From the NCBI GenBank assembly GCA_001821435.1, contig MHLP01000038.1, positions 1 through 48,555 on the forward strand: 48,555 nucleotides of DNA, written 5' to 3'. The DNA comes from Candidatus Lloydbacteria bacterium RIFCSPLOWO2_01_FULL_50_20 (GTDB lineage: Bacteria > Patescibacteriota > Minisyncoccia > Phycocordibacterales > UBA6899). Each line of letters opens with the position of its first letter. Position 1 is the first letter of the stretch. The notes beneath the pieces were generated by a model. It was given only the letters and a program-made list of their open reading frames with translations. It was not told the DNA's origin and did not search any database. Below, one piece after another: positions 36,688 through 44,110 of the stretch. The translations under genes were made by a program, and so were the position numbers.

Positions 36688-36823
36688 GACAATGTATCTT
36701 AGCATCTTATCATACGTCAATAATGGCCTAAAGTGAACCCATACCGCACAGGCCATACCGATACAACTCCGGTCACCATCCTTTATGCGATGGGTATATC
36801 AATATTTCTATAAGCAAAGGGTC

Positions 36824-38080
36824 TTAAGGTGAAGTGCGCATGATCACACCGCCTCCCAGACACTCCTCATTTTTATACAGCACAAGAGACTGACCGAGAG
36901 CGATCCCTTCTTCGTTCTGCTTAAGTATGATCTCTGCTTCTTCATCGCCGGAATGAGCGCCGAATCGCCATGTTGCCGGAAGAAGTGATCCGCGGTAACG
37001 CACGCGTACCAGAATTTTCTGCTTACGGTGATCGGCTGATTTTTTTGAGATGACATTTAACATCCCCAGTCCGATATTGCGATATCCATTCTGGGATTTT
37101 TCAGGATCACGATGCGCTACAGTGATGGTATTTTTTTGCATATCTTTTGCGACGACAAAATACGGCTCTTCACCGGGCAGATTTCTTTTGACAATGAACC
37201 CATGGCGCTGACCTATAGTAAACAGGAGCGCCCCTTTGTGCGTGCCGATGGTCTTCCCCTCGGTATCAAGCACCGCACCATTTTTGGTCGGCAAATAATG
37301 TCTGAGAAAATCCGCCATGTCGACCTTTCCAATGAAACACAGACCCTGGCTGTCTTTCTTTTCCGCATTCGGCAGTCCAAATTTGCGCGCAAGTTTCCGC
37401 ACATCTTTTTTCAGCAAATGACCGACGGGAAAAAGTATATGCGCCAATTGCTCCTGTGTGAGCGTCCAGAGGAAATAACTCTGATCTTTCTCTTTATCCA
37501 CACCTTTAAGCAATTTATAGTTGCCAGTTGCCAGTTTCCAGGCGTAAGGATCTGAATCTGCGTTTTTTACTTGAAACTGGTGACTGGCAACTGGCGACTG
37601 TATGCGAGCGTAATGTCCGGTCGCAATAAGATCCGCTCCGTTCGCTTTTGCATATTCGAGAAATGCACCGAATTTCACGTGTTTATTGCACATGACGTCG
37701 GGATTCGGAACACGGCCTCTCCCATATTCGCGTACCATGTAGTCAACAACCTCTTTTTTGTATTCTTTTTCAAGGTCAAGCGTTACGAACGGGATATCAA
37801 GACGAGCGGCCGCGCGCATAGCATCACGCCTTTCTTCGCGCCATGTGCAGGGCAAAAAATCCGCCTGCCAGACTTTGATGAAAACAGCGACAACATCGTA
37901 ACCCTGTTCTTTGAGCAGCGCGGCGGCCACCGAGCTATCGACACCACCTGATAAACCAACGAAGATCCGCTTCTGTCTTGACGCACGAAGAGCCTGCCCC
38001 ATAGTGAGCTTATTAGCTCTACTACTGGGGTCTACTCCCCCGCTCATACCCACGAAAATTTTACCTTTTGATCCGTTCAT
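36824..38080 (-). CDS. mnmA: tRNA 2-thiouridine synthase MnmA with duplicated N-terminus
   Basis: SGGVDSS, PNPDVMCN, ATGHYA, KDQSYFL, DSQGLCFIG. An extra IFVGMSGGVD precedes the intact motif. Confidence 0.95.
   Translation of the reverse strand: MNGSKGKIFVGMSGGVDPSSRANKLTMGQALRASRQKRIFVGLSGGVDSSVAAALLKEQGYDVVAVFIKVWQADFLPCTWREERRDAMRAAARLDIPFVTLDLEKEYKKEVVDYMVREYGRGRVPNPDVMCNKHVKFGAFLEYAKANGADLIATGHYARIQSPVASHQFQVKNADSDPYAWKLATGNYKLLKGVDKEKDQSYFLWTLTQEQLAHILFPVGHLLKKDVRKLARKFGLPNAEKKDSQGLCFIGKVDMADFLRHYLPTKNGAVLDTEGKTIGTHKGALLFTIGQRHGFIVKRNLPGEEPYFVVAKDMQKNTITVAHRDPEKSQNGYRNIGLGMLNVISKKSADHRKQKILVRVRYRGSLLPATWRFGAHSGDEEAEIILKQNEEGIALGQSLVLYKNEECLGGGVIMRTSP
37519..37600. repeat. Inverted heptamer arrays inserted in frame in mnmA
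   Basis: AGTTGCC AGTTGCC AGTTTCC ... GAAACTG GTGACTG GCAACTG GCGACTG. Confidence 0.75.
37992..38029. repeat. 38-bp palindromic insertion in the first mnmA SGGVD-SS motif
   Basis: Removing it restores GTA GAC TCT TCG (VDSS). Confidence 0.75.
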
Positions 38081-38162
38081 GCGGCACACAGTAACACACG
38101 ATGCGGAAGGCATCAACAGAGCAGAGCGACGCCGGAAATTTTGTTAAAAAATCATGCTACCA

Positions 38163-38205
38163 GCCCCGTAGTAGACCCGCGCCTCTAGCGGGCTCACTGC
38201 AGGGC
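38163..38205. repeat. GCCCCGTAGT-family hairpin overlapping the exonuclease stop
   Basis: GCCCCGTAGT-AGACCCGC..GCGGGCTC-ACTGCAGGGC. Confidence 0.6.
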
Positions 38206-38787
38206 CAGCACCTTCTTGCAAATCTCGAATGTCGCACGCGCATCAGCAAGCGCCGTGTGCGCATCCTGATTGGTTACCTCAAAATATCCAGCCATTTCAC
38301 GCAAGCTAAACTTCGTAAGCTTGGGGTCATGATAGAACTTTCCAAACGTCATTGAGGCAAGATCGAGTTTGTGGTAATGCACTTGTTTTTCGAAATTGAC
38401 GCCGTACTCGTTTCCCGCTTTCTGGAGGAACGCCCAATCAAAGGCGACGTTCTGTGCAATAAAAATAGTCCCTTCAAGCAATGCTGCCGCCGCTTCGAAC
38501 CCCTCCTTTTGTCCGACCGCTTTCGACCAGTTGCGCTCTTTGTATCTTGTGATGAGAAGTGCCTTGGGATCCGCCGTTTCGATGTGGATAGGCTTCAGCT
38601 GTATTTCGTGTTCAGAGATCAGTTCGAGCGATTGTTTGCCTGCCTGCGCCGTGCCCATCGCGGCAGGCAGGCCAAACAGGTCATTCTTCTGCTCGACAAG
38701 GACGATGCCTATCTCGATGATCTCATGACGAAACGGGTCAAGCCCCGTTGATTCGATATCAACAAATGCAAGTCTATGTTTTTTCAT
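38194..38787 (-). CDS. DEDDh 3'-5' exonuclease (DnaQ-like)
   Basis: DIESTG, AQNVAFD, AHTALAD. Confidence 0.92.
   Translation of the reverse strand: MKKHRLAFVDIESTGLDPFRHEIIEIGIVLVEQKNDLFGLPAAMGTAQAGKQSLELISEHEIQLKPIHIETADPKALLITRYKERNWSKAVGQKEGFEAAAALLEGTIFIAQNVAFDWAFLQKAGNEYGVNFEKQVHYHKLDLASMTFGKFYHDPKLTKFSLREMAGYFEVTNQDAHTALADARATFEICKKVLALQ
38638..38672. repeat. In-frame GCCTGCCTGC/GCAGGCAGGC palindromic insertion
   Basis: 10-bp perfect arms; encodes LPAAMGTAQAG. Confidence 0.75.
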
Positions 38788-40241
38788 ATCGCGGGAAGTT
38801 GCTCATGAATAATGTTTTTCTGATGTTCGATATCTTGAAACTCATGGTGCACAAGCTTTTTTGCCAATTCATCCGCATCACCGGCGCCAATGACAAGGAT
38901 AACATCAAATGCGTCCGCTTTCTCTCTTGCCATGGTCTCGCTTTCTTCCAGATCTTTTGCATAACGAATATCGGCACTCGGATCTTTTGCGTGCACCGCT
39001 TCCACAAGATCACGGGAGCTAACTCGCCGCTCCTCTTCGCGCCCGGCAACATCGTAGATCTCCGCCAGTATCACATGTTCGATCTGTAGAAGAACCGCGA
39101 CGAACTGATCAAAAAGCTTCTCGGTCCGTTCGCGGTGATGCGGACGAAAGATAACAAGAATTCTTTTCCCTTCATATTTCGCTTGTGCCGCCTCAACGAC
39201 TGCGCGAAGCGCCGTCGGATGATGAGCGTAATCGGCAATGATCGTCGCGCCATCAAGCATTCCTATGATCTCAAACCTCCGCGCGACGCCGCTAAAATTC
39301 GCAAGCGCCTCATGGATGGTTTCTGTTTTTCCGCTGTATGCAAGATATGTCCCGACGGCACCGAGGATATTATAGACGTTATAAAGTCCCGGGAGCGGCG
39401 TTGTAAATGTACCCAGCGGCGTTCCTTTCCACACCAGATCGAACGACTGTCCGAAACCGGTTTGCTTGATGTCCCTCGCGATAAGATCAGCGCTTTCGCC
39501 GATCCCATATCGAACGATCGATGCGTCAAATCCGCGGGTGATATCGCGAATATTCGCATCGTCATTATTCATAATGAGGAGACCGTTCACTCCCAGTTTT
39601 TCAATATAATCATGAAAGGCGCTCTTCACATCCGCAAGATCGTGATAATAATCGGGATGATCGAGTTCAAGATTCGTCAGCAAGATCGCCTGCGGGGAAA
39701 GCTCCAGCATGTTTCGGCGATATTCGCATGCCTCGACGATGAACATGTTGCTTTTTCCGATATGCAAGTTGTGGTCCCATTTCCCTCCATCCGTTCGGGA
39801 CGGGCCGGGAACCTCCGCGCCAACGATCACCGACGGGTCGAATCCTCCCGCTTCGAACAATTTTCCCAAGAGTGCCGTGGTCGTCGATTTGCCGTGTGTT
39901 CCCGATACCGCGATCGTATTATAGGAATGCGTGATCACTCCGAGCGCTTTCGGGTAGCTCAATTCGGGGATCCCAAGCTCGCGGGCACGAACACGTTCGG
40001 CGTGCGATTCCGGCACTGCGGGAGAGTAGATGAGCACCCCGGAATCACGGGGTACATGTTCCGCGTTTTCTCCTTCAGCATAATCGCCCGGCGGCAGTGT
40101 CGTGAGCGACGGGAGACGGATATCCGACCCCGCAATCGCTATTCCGCGCGCCGCCAAAAGCCGTAAAAGCGCGGAAACCCCTATCCCTCCGACGCCGACG
40201 AAGTATGCCTTGGAAATATTCTGAAGATCCATAACGTACAT
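38784..40241 (-). CDS. murC: UDP-N-acetylmuramate--L-alanine ligase
   Basis: GVGGIGVS, GTHGKSTTT, EACEY, DHPDYY, DYAHHPT. Confidence 0.95.
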   Translation of the reverse strand: MYVMDLQNISKAYFVGVGGIGVSALLRLLAARGIAIAGSDIRLPSLTTLPPGDYAEGENAEHVPRDSGVLIYSPAVPESHAERVRARELGIPELSYPKALGVITHSYNTIAVSGTHGKSTTTALLGKLFEAGGFDPSVIVGAEVPGPSRTDGGKWDHNLHIGKSNMFIVEACEYRRNMLELSPQAILLTNLELDHPDYYHDLADVKSAFHDYIEKLGVNGLLIMNNDDANIRDITRGFDASIVRYGIGESADLIARDIKQTGFGQSFDLVWKGTPLGTFTTPLPGLYNVYNILGAVGTYLAYSGKTETIHEALANFSGVARRFEIIGMLDGATIIADYAHHPTALRAVVEAAQAKYEGKRILVIFRPHHRERTEKLFDQFVAVLLQIEHVILAEIYDVAGREEERRVSSRDLVEAVHAKDPSADIRYAKDLEESETMAREKADAFDVILVIGAGDADELAKKLVHHEFQDIEHQKNIIHEQLPAI

Positions 40242-40246
40242 CCATC

Positions 40247-41251
40247 CTACCGAAGATACCGTTCCTTATTCAACTTGTGCTCGTCAAAAGTTTTGGCATA
40301 ATGCATTACCCCGTTTTTATCCGATAGATAATAAAAATAAGGCGTCGCTTTCGGATGAAGGGCGGCATCGATCGCATCGAGTCCGGGATTGGTAATGGGT
40401 GTCGGCGGAAGCCCTTTGTTGCGGTACGTATTGTACGGTGAATCGATCTTCAAGTCGTCAATGGAAAGTGTGGCGGAGTTTTTTCCGATCGCGTAAGCGA
40501 ATGGCGCATCGACCTGAAGCGGCATCTGTTTTTCCAGCCGCTTCCAGAGTATCCCAGAAACGATGCGGCGGTCATCCGGTGTTCCGGCTTCCTCCTCAAG
40601 GATAGACGCCATAATAATGACTTGTTCCCAATTGCGTTTGCTCGCAAGCGCCTCGTTGTATAATGCGGCGGTTTTTTTTCTGAAGTTCGCCCGAAGCGTC
40701 TCAATGATCGGGCCGCTCGTAGCTGTTGAATAGAAAAAATACGTATCAGGAAAGAGATAGCCCTCGTTCGGAGTCGCAAGCGCAACGAATTGCGCCTCAT
40801 TGAATTCGGAATGATTCTTCTTGAGTATTTTTCCGATACCGGAAGCGGACGTACCTTCAGGTATCGTTATACGGATATTTTCTATACCGCGTGTCCCGGA
40901 GATGAGTCGTTGAGCGACGCCATAAAGATCGTGAGGAGCTGCAAAAAAATAGTCCCCCGCTATAATGCGTGATTGGGCGCCCCTGTATTGCACAAGCGCG
41001 ATGAAGGCAAGCCGCGAACGGATAACATGCTCATCTTCGAGCAGAAGAGCGATCTGCTCTAGGCTTGAACCGGACGGTATTGCAATGATCTTTTGGGTCG
41101 GGAAATCATCCGGTGAAGCACTGATCTCCTTCCATCCCATGATCGATGCCGCGACCAACATAACAATGACCGCGAAGCACCAAAGTGACCGGCGTGCGCG
41201 CCGAGATGGTGTGTGTGCTGCCGATGTTTCGGTTGATTCGAGCGGGGGCAT
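40247..41251 (-). CDS. mltG: Endolytic transglycosylase MltG
   Basis: TIPEG, EGYLFPDTY, ASILEEE, DSPYNTY..GLPPTPITNPG. Confidence 0.96.
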   Translation of the reverse strand: MPPLESTETSAAHTPSRRARRSLWCFAVIVMLVAASIMGWKEISASPDDFPTQKIIAIPSGSSLEQIALLLEDEHVIRSRLAFIALVQYRGAQSRIIAGDYFFAAPHDLYGVAQRLISGTRGIENIRITIPEGTSASGIGKILKKNHSEFNEAQFVALATPNEGYLFPDTYFFYSTATSGPIIETLRANFRKKTAALYNEALASKRNWEQVIIMASILEEEAGTPDDRRIVSGILWKRLEKQMPLQVDAPFAYAIGKNSATLSIDDLKIDSPYNTYRNKGLPPTPITNPGLDAIDAALHPKATPYFYYLSDKNGVMHYAKTFDEHKLNKERYLR

Positions 41252-41257
41252 GCGTTA

Positions 41258-42484
41258 TTACACCGGCAAATTCGCCGGCGGTTCGCCTTTGCGTGATTCT
41301 ATTCGCGTGAATGTCGGAGTTTCCGCAACGCCGCCTGGAAAATGATAGATCGTCGCAAGTTCCTCAGTGTTTAGGACGAATGGCTGTTTCTTGTAAGGCG
41401 GATGGAACCACGAGCGCCGCACATATGCATCAAACATCTTCTTCTTTTTTCTTGCGCCGCGTATGCCGTGAAAATCCTGCCACGGATAATCGAAACCAGT
41501 CGATCCGGTCGGACGAAAACCGTTTAAGTCTTGCGAGCTGTATTGCTGAAAAGCATTCCTGATGCCCGATTTATTCGTCCGGTCATACTGTTCTTTTTTG
41601 GCGATATAGACCGCGCGAATGCCCGTATCAAAACCGACTTTGCCGAGCGAACGCTCGATAGCATGTATGACCTCAGCCTGCCTTTTTGTTGCACGCATTC
41701 CCGTTTCACCCGCATATTTATCCTGGAGGTCCTGTATGAGTTTCTTTCCTTCCTCCTGCCAATTATGGCGTCCGAAGTATTTTCCCGGGGTCTTGTAACG
41801 CTTTCCGTTCACCTGGAGCAGGATCTGAATCCATATCTGTTGACCGCGCCCGACTCCCCCGAGAAATTCAATGAGCGAAGTGATCGGATCGCTCTTGTTC
41901 TCTTCATCGGTCATCGTTGAGTCAAGTCCGTAATCAATATATGTTTTAATAGGATACGGGTCGGGCTTATTCAGTTTGAACACGCAACCCCACAAACTCC
42001 ACTCCTGCTCTTGACCGATGTATGACGCAAGCGAGACATAGTCCTTCACCTCGTGCACCTCGACATCGGGATACTGCGCATAAATGGTCGACTCGATGAT
42101 CCGCTTATACTTCGCAGGGGTGCGAATGAGAAACTTCACCGCACCCTCAATGGAAACGAGCTCAAGCGAGAACCATGGTCGGACCATTCCCAGCCACCAG
42201 CGTTCATACCAATTTGAAATATCGGGCTGGTAGAACGCCTGGAGCACCAATTCCATGGCGATGGGTGTTTTTCCGATGACGCGCGGTAATTTGACCTCGA
42301 GAAGGATAAAATCGAAATTTTTCGCGATAAATTTCGCCTGAACATAGTTCAGCCACAATTTTTGTGCAAGCCAGACGGATAAAACCGGACCCCAGATAAA
42401 TGCGGTAAACGCGAAGATCTCATAGACCTGCGTCATGACCCGAAAAACTGTTGTGTCGAAAAGTGATGTAAATGGCGCAAACAT
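41258..42484 (-). CDS. Conserved membrane-anchored hypothetical protein (CPR-type; resembles N-terminal domains of some coupling-protein ATPases)
   Basis: N-terminal TM; LLEVKLP, FSLEL, IYAQYP, YPIKTY, LNTEELATIYHFP, PPANLP. Confidence 0.75.
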   Translation of the reverse strand: MFAPFTSLFDTTVFRVMTQVYEIFAFTAFIWGPVLSVWLAQKLWLNYVQAKFIAKNFDFILLEVKLPRVIGKTPIAMELVLQAFYQPDISNWYERWWLGMVRPWFSLELVSIEGAVKFLIRTPAKYKRIIESTIYAQYPDVEVHEVKDYVSLASYIGQEQEWSLWGCVFKLNKPDPYPIKTYIDYGLDSTMTDEENKSDPITSLIEFLGGVGRGQQIWIQILLQVNGKRYKTPGKYFGRHNWQEEGKKLIQDLQDKYAGETGMRATKRQAEVIHAIERSLGKVGFDTGIRAVYIAKKEQYDRTNKSGIRNAFQQYSSQDLNGFRPTGSTGFDYPWQDFHGIRGARKKKKMFDAYVRRSWFHPPYKKQPFVLNTEELATIYHFPGGVAETPTFTRIESRKGEPPANLPV

Positions 42485-42532
42485 GGGTGTGCTCAAGTAT
42501 ATCGCATGCGGAAAGAATGGGGAATCACCAAT

Positions 42533-42565
42533 AAGAAAGAACCGCCTCTCTTAAGGGGCGGTTCT
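42533..42565 (-). terminator. Intrinsic terminator
   Basis: AGAACCGCC/GGCGGTTCT stem followed by TTCTT on the minus strand. Confidence 0.7.
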
Positions 42566-42580
42566 CATTTACTGTGAAGC

Positions 42581-43615
42581 TCAGGCAACGACATATTTTC
42601 CCTCCTTGTTCTTTTTGAAATATTTCGGGTCTTGCAGATTCACCAGAATGGTGTTCGGTTTGACATAGCGCTCACGCATGACCTTCTCGATGATCTCCTC
42701 GCGCGAAAGCGGGCCGTTCTTTTTGATGATATCCGCGATCACGTCGCGAACGACACCGGTCGAGTATCCCCATTCGGAAAGCGCATAAAGGCCTCGTCCC
42801 ACCAGCACGAACCGCTTATCCTTGATGAGCTCATTGTGCGTCGTCGCGATATGCGCACGTTTGTCAAAATGTTCTCCGATAGCCTTCGCCACTTCCGTAA
42901 AGTGCATCGGTGAACCGTGCTTGCGAAGAACGAGAAATGCATAATCCCGGACACCGCGGGCGTTGACATTCGGCGAGTGCGCCATGCCCCATTCGCCGAG
43001 CGGATTTTTGCCGATCTTTTTTGAAAGGGAAAGCCAGCGTCGGAGGATCTCTTCGTTCTTATATTCCTCAGAAACGTCTTTCAGGTGTGAAAGAAAGCGC
43101 TCCACCATTTTCGCTTCTTCGATGAGCTCGTCGTCCGAAAGGGATGCATAGAGTTTCCGCAGTGATTCGTGCACCTTTCCGGCGGTATCATGGTCGGCGC
43201 TCCAGCGATGGGTGAATTCTTCGTCTTCTTTATGCTTTACAAAAAGATCTCCGAGGACAAGTAAAAAATGAACATGGTTTTGCGTACCCTTATCAGGAGC
43301 AAGACTCTCCAGAAAATCGTGTTCCGGCACCAAACCACCCTGTGAAAGCATCACTCTTTGCAATTCCTCGAGCGTCAGAAGTTCAGCCTTGAAGACGTCG
43401 GATTTGCGGATCGAGGCAAGTGCAAAATTTTCGATCTGCCGAACACGTTCGCGGGTGATCCCGTAACTCTCACCGATGGCTTCGAGGGTCATCTTCTTCG
43501 TCTCAGCGCCGAGACCATAGCGCTTTGTGATGACATCCTGAGCTCGCCTAGGCAAAACAGAAAGAAAATGCTTTGTAACCTGCTTTGGTTTAAACGTGAT
43601 TTGTGCCGTACTCAT
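42581..43615 (-). CDS. Sigma70 region-4 HTH + HARE-HTH (RNAP delta N-terminal-like) protein
   Basis: MTLEAIGESYGITRERVRQIE; PMHFTEV..HNELIKDKRFVLVGRGLYALSEWG. Confidence 0.85.
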   Translation of the reverse strand: MSTAQITFKPKQVTKHFLSVLPRRAQDVITKRYGLGAETKKMTLEAIGESYGITRERVRQIENFALASIRKSDVFKAELLTLEELQRVMLSQGGLVPEHDFLESLAPDKGTQNHVHFLLVLGDLFVKHKEDEEFTHRWSADHDTAGKVHESLRKLYASLSDDELIEEAKMVERFLSHLKDVSEEYKNEEILRRWLSLSKKIGKNPLGEWGMAHSPNVNARGVRDYAFLVLRKHGSPMHFTEVAKAIGEHFDKRAHIATTHNELIKDKRFVLVGRGLYALSEWGYSTGVVRDVIADIIKKNGPLSREEIIEKVMRERYVKPNTILVNLQDPKYFKKNKEGKYVVA

Positions 43616-44110
43616 AAACTGATGAATAATTAAAAATTCTTGTCCTCAGGATCATCCTCGAAATAACGACAGCTGAGAATAAAAACATAAATAAATGACC
43701 AGCATTGACTCTGTGAGTGGTCTGATGTGGGACCTCCACAGCGGCGGTCCTTCTGTAAGCCCTCGGGAACATTCTCATCCTTCCTGAGACCATGACGAAA
43801 GATCGACCCTGTAGCAGATCCCGACTTTCGGATATCCACCACGACATCATCTCCACAGTGATCCTTTTGAAGAATATGTCGAACTCTTCTTACCGAGACT
43901 CACCATAGGGTTGACAATTTTCTTCCAATACTCGGTTATGCTTAGTTTTAGCATTACCAAAATCCTTGTCAAGTACCACCAGAGAAAATACTGCTCTATG
44001 TCAAAAGGGCTTAAAAGATGAGGATTCTGTGAATTCGCACACGCGCACCGAATATGATCTTCACATGCGATACGCAAAGGAACATATTGCAGTTGCGAGA
44101 AAATACATTT

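Noticed and set aside
36737-36795. ACCCATACCGCA/TGCGATGGGT inverted ends as another MITE
   Set aside because: The match is short and imperfect. It may be a decayed family member but is too weak to call.
1385-42583. Alternative genetic code (UGA=Gly)
   Set aside because: Several genes (SDR, grpE, pyrH, sigma4-HARE) end at TGA at the expected length, and conserved genes have no internal TGA.
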